Origin: an archaeon
GTDB lineage: Archaea; Nanobdellota; Nanobdellia; Woesearchaeales; UBA9642
Length of the DNA stretch: 10,616 nucleotides
Assembly (NCBI GenBank): GCA_043806035.1
Contig: JAZDHK010000031.1
Span: 1 to 10,616 of the forward strand
Reading direction: 5' to 3'
Made by a program: the position numbers and the translations under genes. Positions 1-7,590 of this stretch are shown here, one piece after another (positions within the stretch are counted from its first letter, which is position 1; each line of letters starts with the position of its first letter). The notes under the pieces were generated by a model, which saw only the letters and a list, made by a program, of their open reading frames with translations, searched no databases and had not been told where the DNA came from.

Positions 1-121
1 TCCCCCCACCCGGATTTGAACCGGGAACACCTCGGTAACGGCTGAGTGCAATTCATCCGATCTCTCAGAGACTGTCGTGCACCGTCTACAGCCGAGTGCT
101 CTACCGTTGAGCTATGAGGGG
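1..121 (-). tRNA. tRNA-Tyr(GTA) with 49-nt intron (37..85) at the canonical 37/38 position
   Basis: Reverse complement reads CCCCTCA TAGCTCAACGGTAGAGCA CTCGG CT GTA G [49 nt] A CCGAG GTGTT CCCGG TTCAAAT CCGGG TGGGGGG A. All four stems pair and the mature length is 72 nt. C1:G72/A73 and the short variable arm are archaeal/eukaryal Tyr identity features. Confidence 0.96.
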
Positions 122-143
122 TAGTGTCAGAAGAAATAAGCAA

Positions 144-152
144 TTTATAAAA
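144..152 (-). promoter_or_regulatory. TATA box of tRNA-Tyr
   Basis: TTTTATAAA on the minus strand, 23-31 nt upstream of tRNA position 1. Confidence 0.75.
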
Positions 153-168
153 GTGTCGTTAACTCGGT

Positions 169-238
169 GCTTGAACGTGTTTCTTTTTCCTGTGTTCTTG
201 TCCTGTTGAGTCTATACTCACAGACGAAGTATTCAAGC
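169..238. repeat. Long imperfect hairpin downstream of the T9SS-domain gene
   Basis: Outer arms GCTTGAA (169-175) / TTCAAGC (232-238). Inner stem TGAGT-CTAT-ACTCA (207-220), extendable with bulges via GTC-CTG / CAG-AC. Confidence 0.45.
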
Positions 239-296
239 TTATACGTCGTAGAAACGGTTGCTAACTGCGAGAGTGCGTTATCGAAAAGATGCAGAC

Positions 297-1541
297 TTAC
301 TTGAGCAGCACCATTTTCTTGCTGACGCTAAAATGCTGAGTCTCCAGTCTGTAAATGTACACGCCTGCAGGAAATGCTTCACCGTTGAAGGTGATGTTGT
401 AGTTCCCTGCTGCTTGTGGCTCGCTGACTAAGGTAGCAACTTCTACTCCTAAAACATTAAACACGCTAAGCCCGACAGGGCCGTTCTCTGCTAGCTCATA
501 CGTAATTTTTGTTGTGGGATTAAACGGATTAGGATAATTCTGGCATAATTTCGCTGTTTGCATAGTGGGTGCCCCGGCAGTATGCACTAGGTTAGTATGT
601 CCAATCACTTCTTCAACACCGCTCATGTCCTTCTGTGTCAGCGTGTACCAATACTCCTGATCATGCGTTACCATTTGATCTACATAGGAATACTGCTGTT
701 GCGTTTCGCTATCTCCAAAGCTTGGTACGATCACTAACCGTGAACTGTCCGTAGCATCTTTTTGTAACTTACGCCAAACGCCAAACCAATCATTATGCTG
801 TTCACTTGCCGTATTCCAATAGAGCGTAATTCCTTCAATTCCCGACTGGGCAGTAAAGCTGGTGAGCGTGACAGGAAGCACCTGATCGCGATAATACGAC
901 TCTGCTTCATGAGGAGTAAGATAATAATCAACAGCAACAAGATAATCAAGATGCATTCCCCGCGTTCCTGCACGAATAGTATCAGGTGCTAACGATGCAA
1001 GCAGCCCCGACCGTTCCGCACTTGCAATTGCCATCTCATCGCCAGAAAAATACATTCCATACACGCCCTGCCCACCCCAACTCGTCATTACAAAAAACGG
1101 ATCAGTGGATCTGCCTACACGAGGAACAAACAACGTACTATCCGGCAAAATGCCCGGATGCGTAATTTTTACACCATCAGCATTCAATGTCATGACAATA
1201 TCATGGTCAAGCCGAGCAATAACTTTTGAGCCGGATTCATGCAGTCGACCAGCGATGCCAAAAGCTCCTGCAGTAAAATTCACAGCGGTTTCACCGCCAT
1301 GATTATTCACGTATGCCAATGGGCCGTCAACAATAACTGCTGATCCCTCTACTGCTGGAACGCAGTCTACAATGTTACTTGTTCCGACGTTAACTCTTCC
1401 CTGTTCTGACATGGTGGCGGTAGTGCTTGGACAGGTGTAGTGCCACACGTCACCTAACACTTGCTGACTGGTAGAGAGCAGTAATCCAACTCCGAATACG
1501 ATACCGCTAATGATGCTTCTTGGTCGTGCTATGCATATCAC
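297..1541 (-). CDS. Secreted protein with bacterial T9SS (Por secretion) type-A C-terminal sorting domain
   Basis: 414 aa, GTG start, N-terminal signal-like hydrophobic stretch. Contains an LPVTLTSFTA...LYWNTASE Ig-like module and a C-terminal LCQNYPNPFNPTTKITYEL...AGVYIYRL...KKMVLLK, the typical FCB-group sorting domain. The N-terminal ~215 aa are not recognised. Confidence 0.92.
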   Translation of the reverse strand: MICIARPRSIISGIVFGVGLLLSTSQQVLGDVWHYTCPSTTATMSEQGRVNVGTSNIVDCVPAVEGSAVIVDGPLAYVNNHGGETAVNFTAGAFGIAGRLHESGSKVIARLDHDIVMTLNADGVKITHPGILPDSTLFVPRVGRSTDPFFVMTSWGGQGVYGMYFSGDEMAIASAERSGLLASLAPDTIRAGTRGMHLDYLVAVDYYLTPHEAESYYRDQVLPVTLTSFTAQSGIEGITLYWNTASEQHNDWFGVWRKLQKDATDSSRLVIVPSFGDSETQQQYSYVDQMVTHDQEYWYTLTQKDMSGVEEVIGHTNLVHTAGAPTMQTAKLCQNYPNPFNPTTKITYELAENGPVGLSVFNVLGVEVATLVSEPQAAGNYNITFNGEAFPAGVYIYRLETQHFSVSKKMVLLK

Positions 1542-1568
1542 TCTCGTGTGTGAAAAAACCGAGTGAAG

Positions 1569-1581
1569 ATATAAGCTTTTC
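1569..1581 (-). promoter_or_regulatory. Archaeal BRE/TATA promoter of the T9SS-domain gene
   Basis: GAAAAG-CTTATAT on the minus strand, ending about 28 nt upstream of GTG 1541. Confidence 0.6.
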
Positions 1582-1668
1582 TATTCTTGAGTAGTTAAAG
1601 AACACAGTGACTCTCGGACAGCGTTCGAGATCTTGAAGAACGGTGGAAGATTGGAAAAAAACCTTGAG

Positions 1669-2187
1669 CTACGATCCCTTCGCTCCCTTCTTTAGTATCC
1701 ACAACAACTGTTTCGTCTCTTTCCTCGTCTTGCACCACAACGCGACATTCCTGCCGAGCTTCACGAGGACGACGTTCTTGACGGCAGTTACTTGCTTCAC
1801 CTTGTCGAAAGGCATCTCAAGCAGGGGAAATGCGAGCGTACGCACGATGATTCGCTTGTCCGTTACCAGCACACGCGCCCCCTCGAGAATGCCTGGACCG
1901 TCGGGAATGCCCTTGTCCGAGGATTGCTCGTAGATGCCGAGCGGCCAGGTCACCTTGAGCAGGACACCATCATAGGCCACCTTCTCACGATGCAACGGCA
2001 TGATGTTCTTGTTGACAAACAGCAGCCAGTACCAGACTGCTCCGAGGAAAGGGGTGCAGACGACTGCAAACAGCCAGCCCGCTCTGTGCGGGATTTTTCT
2101 TTGGGCAATGTCGACAATCGCGGCAAGCCAGAAGTACATGCCAAGGAAGAACACGCACCCCATAAGGAGGATGGAGAAGAGCAGCAT
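1669..2187 (-). CDS. Membrane protein with PLDc_N (cardiolipin synthase N-terminal)-like hairpin and a C-terminal PH-like soluble domain
   Basis: Start reassigned to ATG 2187 (MLLFSILLMG), which overlaps the upstream stop (TGATG); 172 aa. WLAAIVDIAQRK...WLFAVVCTPFLGAVWYWLL fits the PLDc_N pattern. The PH-like call (VLVTDKRIIV...MPFDKVKQV) is tentative. Confidence 0.75.
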   Translation of the reverse strand: MLLFSILLMGCVFFLGMYFWLAAIVDIAQRKIPHRAGWLFAVVCTPFLGAVWYWLLFVNKNIMPLHREKVAYDGVLLKVTWPLGIYEQSSDKGIPDGPGILEGARVLVTDKRIIVRTLAFPLLEMPFDKVKQVTAVKNVVLVKLGRNVALWCKTRKETKQLLWILKKGAKGS

Positions 2188-2495
2188 CAGCTCACCCGTG
2201 CTGCCTGTGCGGAGACGACCTTGCCGCTGCTGTCGATGACGACGATGACGTCGTTGCTGACGTTCTTCCCTTCCTTGACTGCAGCGACGTGCACGGCAAC
2301 GTGCCATTTGCCATCTTGCACGTAACTGTCGACGCTCGAGAACGTCACGTCGGAGAGCGTCTGTTCCGTGCTGTTTGTGTAGAACTTGCCTTGCTGCTGC
2401 ATGAACGTCAAGGCAGATTGTTCTGCAGCCTCTTTGCTGATGCCAGCCGTGCAGGATACCAGAATGAGCAACAACAGGACGATGCTAGGTTTCAT
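2187..2495 (-). CDS. Small putative lipoprotein (PepSY-like fold possible)
   Basis: 102 aa. MK plus hydrophobic stretch plus LVSC lipobox-like motif; ISKEAAEQSA...W.V.V...VVIDSSGKVV pattern. Overlaps both neighbouring genes. Confidence 0.8.
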   Translation of the reverse strand: MKPSIVLLLLILVSCTAGISKEAAEQSALTFMQQQGKFYTNSTEQTLSDVTFSSVDSYVQDGKWHVAVHVAAVKEGKNVSNDVIVVIDSSGKVVSAQAARVS

Positions 2496-3918
2496 GGTGT
2501 TTGTGCTCGTTCAAAGGATGGATGAGCAATGCAGGCTCAGAGAATGCCGTGCGCTGCTTGCCCTTCACCTCAAACTTCACCTTGACAGCGGGCAGGGTCA
2601 TGTCTCCCACAATCTTGAGCTTGCTCTTGAGCTTGTAGCTGATGATACGCTCCTCGAACGGATCGATCTTCTCGAGATCCCATCGTGCGATCATGCCTGA
2701 GCGTTCATGCTTGAATATCTTCGTCGGCTTGAGCGTACCCAGCAATGATTCGTCGACGAGCTCTGCGATGCTGGGGATGAGGTCAATAACTTTGATGTTC
2801 TGCAACGTCTTGCCCGTCCTGTTGCGCAAGTACACCTTGAGCTTAATCGTGCTTATGCCCTCGAACGCAGAGCCGACAACGCGCGCCTTCTTCTCGACGA
2901 TGAGCGGATTCCGGAAGATGAAATAGCCGAGGATGATGAGCACGAGCAGAACACAGATCCAGAAGAGGCTCTGGTAGTTCGTCTCGTACATGAGCTGGTA
3001 GCTCTCATCAGGATTCAAGACAATGTCCCAGGACAAGTACGTCCTTCCCTTTTCCTTCAGCAACATATACGCTGGCGTTGCGCTCGTGAACATCCTGCTG
3101 AACCAGGTGCTGGGCACTTTGACGAGCTCGGATTTCTTGTAATTGCCCACATTCTTGAGCGTTGTCGTTGTCTTGGTGCTGAAGAAGCCTTTCGTCACGT
3201 CCTGGTCTTGCGGAATGGTACTATAGCCGATGACGACGAAGGAAGAGCTCGCGCTTGCAATAGTGTCATTGCCTATCACCGCCCGCACGTCCAAAGGATA
3301 CGTTCCTGGGTCTTGCAATGCATCGAGTTTCACCTTGAGCGTGTTAGACCGTTCTTCCCACGGACCTAGTTGCACGAGGTATTGCTTGGAGAAGAGGGTG
3401 CTGGAGACGTCCACGATAATCTTGTCGTACGTCTTGCCGTTCCTGTTGTTGAGCGTAATCTCGATGGGAAGTTCGTCACGGGGATCGACGTCTGCTTGCG
3501 GCGTTACTTTCATGCCCACATTAATCACGTAGTTCAACGGCAACTCGTTCTCATCGCGCAAGGCGATGGTGAGGTCTGCTGTCAAGAACTTGTTCTCTGC
3601 AAGCGAGCTCCTGAATGTCACGGGCACAAGATAAATTTGGTCTGGAGTGTTGCTGATGGGATTGATGTGCAGGATGAATGATGCCTGTTCTCCGCCTGCT
3701 ACGCTGACAGCGCTCGGCTCGATAATCCAGTACACGTCAGTGCTGTAAATTGCGTACCTGTCCTGTACTCCTAACTCATTGGAGAGGGTGATGTTGAAGA
3801 GGGCAGTCTCATTGCCGTAAATATCATTCTTGATGGGGCTGTATTGGACGTCGAACTCTCGCGCCTGAACACTCACGAGAACAACCAATGCCAGAATGAA
3901 AAAGAGCAGTTTCCTCAC
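2485..3918 (-). CDS. Membrane-anchored surface protein with several Ig-like beta domains, one internal TM helix and a cytoplasmic beta domain
   Basis: 477 aa, GTG start, signal peptide MRKLLFFILALVVLVSVQA, TM segment SLFWICVLLVLIILGYFIF. First gene of a three-gene overlapping operon. Function not assignable. Confidence 0.88.
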   Translation of the reverse strand: MRKLLFFILALVVLVSVQAREFDVQYSPIKNDIYGNETALFNITLSNELGVQDRYAIYSTDVYWIIEPSAVSVAGGEQASFILHINPISNTPDQIYLVPVTFRSSLAENKFLTADLTIALRDENELPLNYVINVGMKVTPQADVDPRDELPIEITLNNRNGKTYDKIIVDVSSTLFSKQYLVQLGPWEERSNTLKVKLDALQDPGTYPLDVRAVIGNDTIASASSSFVVIGYSTIPQDQDVTKGFFSTKTTTTLKNVGNYKKSELVKVPSTWFSRMFTSATPAYMLLKEKGRTYLSWDIVLNPDESYQLMYETNYQSLFWICVLLVLIILGYFIFRNPLIVEKKARVVGSAFEGISTIKLKVYLRNRTGKTLQNIKVIDLIPSIAELVDESLLGTLKPTKIFKHERSGMIARWDLEKIDPFEERIISYKLKSKLKIVGDMTLPAVKVKFEVKGKQRTAFSEPALLIHPLNEHKHHET

Positions 3919-3950
3919 GCCAATCCCTCATTCACTCACCAGGAGTCCCT

Positions 3951-3965
3951 ATTTATATACTTTTC
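3951..3965 (-). promoter_or_regulatory. BRE/TATA promoter of the 3918-1669 operon
   Basis: GAAAAG-TATATAAAT on the minus strand, 33 nt upstream of GTG 3918. GGTGA and GAGGG Shine-Dalgarno-like motifs lie between. Confidence 0.7.
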
Positions 3966-4002
3966 CTTCGTTGCGAAGGGAGGGAAAAGACAGCTATATA
4001 AA
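3952..4002. terminator. Inverted repeat, possible terminator after the epimerase gene
   Basis: CCTTCG-TTG-CGAAGG core (3965-3979), nested within CTTTTCC/GGAAAAG and TTTATATA/TATATAAA arms. Confidence 0.45.
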
Positions 4003-4020
4003 GAAAGCAGCCGCATGAAA

Positions 4021-4968
4021 TCATCTATCCTGTGTACAATACGTTCTGTACCAGTCTGCCACAAGGCGCATTCCTTCACCAATGCCCGTTTTTGGAGAGA
4101 ATCCTAATCGTTTTTTCGCTTTAGAGATATCCGCCATCGTCACTTTGACATCGCTCGACTGCAAGGGCAGCATGTGCATGATTGCTTTCTTGCCCAGCGC
4201 CTGCTCGATGGCAGCAATGAAGTCGAGAAGCCGCACGGGATTGTCTCCTCCAAGATTGAAAATTTCATACGGGAACGGCGTATCGAGCGCAGCAAGGACT
4301 CCCGTAACGATATCCACTATGTACGTGAAATCCCGCGCCATGTCTCCATTGCCATAGACATCGATAGGCTGGCCTTTGCTGATGCTCTCGACGAACTTCA
4401 AAGGAGCCATATCCGGCCGTCCCCACGGACCGTAGACAGTGAAGAATCTTAAACCGGTCGACTGTACGCCGTATAGGTGATGATAGGTGTAGGCCATAAG
4501 CTCGCACGATCTCTTTGTCGCCGCATAGAGTGATATGGGCTCGTTAACGGGATCAGCTTCGGAAAAAGGGACTTTGGCGTTGTTGCCATATACGGAACTG
4601 CTGCTCGCATAAACCAGAGACACGTTGTGTTTTCTTGCCATTTCAAGGATGACAAGCATCCCTCTGACGTTCGCATGCTCGTAGATAAGCGGTTGCTCGA
4701 TCGAATATCGTACACCTGCCTGCGCGGCCAGATGGCATATCCTGTCAAAAACGTGCTGCTCGAAGACCGTTTTCATGAACTCAGCATCAGCGACATCGCC
4801 TCGGATGACATTCGCTTCAGGGATGCGCAGTATCCGCTCTTCCTTACGTCGTGGATCGTAGTAGTCGTTGAAATTATCAACAATGACAACGCTATCTCCC
4901 CTGTCAAGAAGCGCTCGTGCTACGTGAAGGCCGATGAACCCTGCACCGCCAGTGACGAGGACACGCAT
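4021..4968 (-). CDS. NAD-dependent epimerase/dehydratase (extended SDR), UDP-glucuronate 4-epimerase-like
   Basis: TGGAGFIG Rossmann motif, HLAAQAGVRYS, YASSSSVYG, catalytic YAATK, and GLRFFTVYGPWGRPDMA characteristic of the CapI/GAE subgroup. Confidence 0.96.
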   Translation of the reverse strand: MRVLVTGGAGFIGLHVARALLDRGDSVVIVDNFNDYYDPRRKEERILRIPEANVIRGDVADAEFMKTVFEQHVFDRICHLAAQAGVRYSIEQPLIYEHANVRGMLVILEMARKHNVSLVYASSSSVYGNNAKVPFSEADPVNEPISLYAATKRSCELMAYTYHHLYGVQSTGLRFFTVYGPWGRPDMAPLKFVESISKGQPIDVYGNGDMARDFTYIVDIVTGVLAALDTPFPYEIFNLGGDNPVRLLDFIAAIEQALGKKAIMHMLPLQSSDVKVTMADISKAKKRLGFSPKTGIGEGMRLVADWYRTYCTQDR

Positions 4969-4988
4969 GATGCAAGGACGTACGCCAA

Positions 4989-4998
4989 GTATATAAAT
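4989..4998 (-). promoter_or_regulatory. TATA box of the epimerase gene (leaderless spacing)
   Basis: ATTTATATAC on the minus strand, 21-30 nt upstream of ATG 4968. Confidence 0.65.
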
Positions 4999-5051
4999 GT
5001 GCTACAACAATTCAAAAAAATAGTGCGGATGATTCGTCCTGACCGCAGCAA

Positions 5052-6185
5052 TCACAGCATGCTCTTCTTTATGACGTTGGCAATGAGTCTTTTGTCATAG
5101 CCTACAAGCTCCACATATGCATTTCCTTTGATGGCTTTTCCTGCTTTTGTTCCTTGCACTGTGCACGCGCCTTCCCAGTACGAGGTGGGGGTTGTCAGCA
5201 GCGCGTCTATCTCTTGATCCTGCACGCAAGGCTGTACGGTGATGTTGAGCTTGATCCGTTGCGATTGCAATCGCCAGCCTGAAGGATAGATGATGCCCGT
5301 CTTGCTGCTTTTCCAAAAATGCAAAAGAGTGATGGTGACCTCTTCAGGATAGAGGCGCAGTGTGGATGCGTCTTTTTGGATGTACGTCCCCCCAAGATAG
5401 GAGCGAACCGTGCCGTGCTCGTCTCGCAAGACGAAGAACATGAGCTCGGTATTGTCGTCGAAGATGATAGAGAACCAATCCCAGCCAATCACGCGCGGTC
5501 TTCGCGGCAGGTTGGATTTTTGGTGGTCGAACCACGCCTCTCCCTTCACCACGTACGTTTTTGATGCTGACGTGAGGGTGCCTTTGACGCTCAGTCGCGG
5601 AAACGTAACGTAATACGTCCTCTGTATAGGGTGCTTGCTGATGAGTGCAAATCCCTCATCGAAGTGCTTGATGAGCGGCTTTACTGGCTTTGCAATGAGC
5701 GAAACGGTTTGAGAACGCAGCTTAAACGCACCATTTTCAAGAAGTAGGCTCGCTTTTCCCAATGATACGTTCACGCCATCATAAGCTATGTTGTCCTTGG
5801 TTATCAGACCAGAATCCTGGAATGCAACGAAGGTCTTTTTTGTCTTGTCAGTTATGGATCCGTGATAGACGAGAAAAGGCTTCTTTCTCATCAAGGAGAG
5901 AGGGAGAAAGCCCATGCGCAGGCTTTGCGGGTGGAATTTGAAAAAGCAGTATTCGAAACCGAATTGTTTTTTCCCAGAACGTAGGTGTCCGGTGAAGTAC
6001 CACCATTCCAACGGTACTTTTTCCGCGGGAAAAAGAACGACAGGATAGTCGAGCCGTTTCTTTTTAACCGGGTCGAGTTTTGGCATCTTGCGTTCTTTGA
6101 GAATGATGTCGGCAACCCTGTCCTCCTCACGCTCCATGACATCGAGAAGATGATGCAGTCGTTGCTGGAATATCGCAGGAATCAT
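5052..6185 (-). CDS. AttH/CrtC-family lipocalin-like domain protein (carotenoid 1,2-hydratase-like)
   Basis: 377 aa with family motifs EWWYFTGHL, GEAWFDHQ, GWDWF, W.S..TG..YP.GW, YWEG and YVELVGY. Confidence 0.9.
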   Translation of the reverse strand: MIPAIFQQRLHHLLDVMEREEDRVADIILKERKMPKLDPVKKKRLDYPVVLFPAEKVPLEWWYFTGHLRSGKKQFGFEYCFFKFHPQSLRMGFLPLSLMRKKPFLVYHGSITDKTKKTFVAFQDSGLITKDNIAYDGVNVSLGKASLLLENGAFKLRSQTVSLIAKPVKPLIKHFDEGFALISKHPIQRTYYVTFPRLSVKGTLTSASKTYVVKGEAWFDHQKSNLPRRPRVIGWDWFSIIFDDNTELMFFVLRDEHGTVRSYLGGTYIQKDASTLRLYPEEVTITLLHFWKSSKTGIIYPSGWRLQSQRIKLNITVQPCVQDQEIDALLTTPTSYWEGACTVQGTKAGKAIKGNAYVELVGYDKRLIANVIKKSML

Positions 6186-6208
6186 GATTGATCAAAACTG
6201 GCGTGCTT

Positions 6209-6217
6209 GTTTATATG
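6209..6217 (-). promoter_or_regulatory. TATA box of the AttH-like gene
   Basis: CATATAAAC on the minus strand preceded by an A-rich BRE-like stretch, 24-32 nt upstream of ATG 6185. Confidence 0.6.
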
Positions 6218-6227
6218 TGTTTTGCCA

Positions 6228-6446
6228 TCAGGATTGCACGAGCCCACGGTACATGATGTCGATGTACTTGCCCCAATCACCCTTGTTCCGCACAAGAAAT
6301 CCCTTGATGCCACCCCTAAGAAAATGGATCATCTCCTCATCGACATTGATTACCTTACAATCGCCGATCTCTCGTACAAGTTCCGGAGCGAGCGTTGACT
6401 TCCCCGCACATCTCGGGCCGACGATTGCGAGGATGTCATCAGACAT
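6228..6446 (-). pseudogene. Truncated P-loop kinase (shikimate/nucleotide kinase-like) N-terminal fragment
   Basis: MSDDILAIVGPRCAGKSTLAPEL...INVDEEM gives Walker A plus the next strand and Asp. Only 72 aa long; it ends at TGA directly before the next gene's promoter, leaving no room for the C-terminal half. Confidence 0.7.
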
Positions 6447-6502
6447 AGCCACAAACACGACATTCGACTATTTACGTGTTGTCCTGCAACAAATGTGCGC
6501 AA

Positions 6503-6582
6503 GATTCGAGCTGACGGAACTACCGACGGTGGTATTGCGTCATTTCATGTTTTTTGCTCTATTCTCAACGTCTTTGAACCCA
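6503..6582 (-). repeat. 80-nt structured element, copy 1 (3' of fic)
   Basis: Ungapped 65/80 match to 9418-9497 (counted by hand). Minus strand reads TGGGTTCAAAGAC...CGTCAGCTCGAATC. Confidence 0.92.
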
Positions 6583-6599
6583 GTTTGGCCACCTCCAGA

Positions 6600-6613
6600 A
6601 AAGGTGTCTACAT
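6600..6613 (+). repeat. 14-bp direct repeat AAAGGTGTCTACAT at the fic 3' end
   Basis: Identical to 7534-7547; lies 2 nt beyond the fic stop codon. Confidence 0.88.
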
Positions 6614-6615
6614 AA

Positions 6616-7524
6616 TCACTTTCGTAGACCCCTATACTGTTTCTTGTACTGTGCGCGCAGGAATTTGAGGGTTGGAAGAATGCTGCCTGTCTGGTCAAAT
6701 GCGTGCAGGCGCGAGTAATACTGCTTGCGGTCTGTGAGTCTAACGTTCAACGGGGGATGGTCATGACTGAGTAGCACATAGTTGAGCAGCAGTCTTCCAA
6801 CCCGCCCATTGCCGTCTTGGAACGGATGGATGTTCTCGAACTGGTTGTGCACCAGAGCAGCAAGCAGCAGCGCAGGATATTTCTTTTTATGCTTGTCATA
6901 CCAGCCTACCAATTCTTGAAGAAGTTTCTGGACCTGTTTGTAGGGAGCTCCGTGGTGGATGATATGGCCTTGTGCATCACGGATGACAACGTCCACTGTT
7001 CTGAGCTTGCCGGCAAACGGCTTTGTTCCTTTGAAACAGAGCTCATGCAGCTTCAGAATCATTGGTACAGAGAATGATTCTTTCGTGGTTTTGATGTATG
7101 CGATTGCACCTGCCATGTTGATGGTTTCTTGCTCTTCATCATTTTGAGGAGGTTCCTTCTTCTCAATGAGCGCTTCAACCTCTTTGTACGCGACAGTGGA
7201 TCCTTCGATAGCATTTGTGTTGTACGTGAATTCTTTGGTGAAGCGTTCCCAGTCAACGTTCTGTAAATGCTCTATCTTTAGGTTCTGGTCGTATTTTTTG
7301 TATATCTTAATGTCCTCAGGCGTGAGTTCATAGGCATACGCTGATTTTTCTTTCATCTGCTCCAGTACGTGTAGTTCTGCTTTGATTCTCGCTTTCTGCA
7401 ACGATATCGCATCAAGACCCGACCCAAGATAACGAGAAATCCTCTTTACCTTGCCACCCACCCTGTACGTGTGGACAAGATACTGCTTCCTCACCTTCCC
7501 CTGCTTGCGGATTTCGACGAACAT
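6616..7524 (-). CDS. fic: Fic-domain protein (AMPylase) with an N-terminal basic beta-sheet module
   Basis: Canonical HPFQDGNGRVGR motif, with TNAIEGST at the inhibitory-helix position. Start reassigned to ATG 7524 (MFVEIRK, 302 aa) because a TATA box lies 23-31 nt upstream. Confidence 0.95.
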   Translation of the reverse strand: MFVEIRKQGKVRKQYLVHTYRVGGKVKRISRYLGSGLDAISLQKARIKAELHVLEQMKEKSAYAYELTPEDIKIYKKYDQNLKIEHLQNVDWERFTKEFTYNTNAIEGSTVAYKEVEALIEKKEPPQNDEEQETINMAGAIAYIKTTKESFSVPMILKLHELCFKGTKPFAGKLRTVDVVIRDAQGHIIHHGAPYKQVQKLLQELVGWYDKHKKKYPALLLAALVHNQFENIHPFQDGNGRVGRLLLNYVLLSHDHPPLNVRLTDRKQYYSRLHAFDQTGSILPTLKFLRAQYKKQYRGLRK

Positions 7525-7533
7525 ACAGAGAAT

Positions 7534-7577
7534 AAAGGTGTCTACATTTATAAAATTAGCGATATTTGTAGACACCT
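7534..7577 (-). promoter_or_regulatory. fic promoter: TATA box enclosed by an 11-bp perfect inverted repeat (putative operator)
   Basis: AGGTGTCTACA (7536-7546) and TGTAGACACCT (7567-7577) flank TTTTATAAA (minus strand, 7555-7547). Confidence 0.8.
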
Positions 7578-7590
7578 GCTAATAATTGGA

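Noticed and set aside
2188-2307. Arg/Gln-rich N-terminal extension of the 212-aa ORF 1669..2307
   Set aside because: It is an alternate-frame read-through of the lipoprotein gene; the TGATG-coupled ATG at 2187 is the better start.
734-6191. Numerous 60-180 aa overlapping or antisense ORFs in the ORF track
   Set aside because: They are shadows of longer genes with recognisable motifs and lack domains, promoters or SD support of their own.
6184-6615. 143-aa plus-strand ORF (and 9444..9647) spanning the 80-nt element, i.e. a coding explanation for the repeat
   Set aside because: Antisense to the kinase fragment or lipoprotein gene. Differences between repeat copies are non-synonymous in this frame, and the minus frames hit stops.
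7525-7575. GTG 7575 start for fic
   Set aside because: The extension runs through the TATA box and inverted repeats; ATG 7524 fits the promoter spacing.
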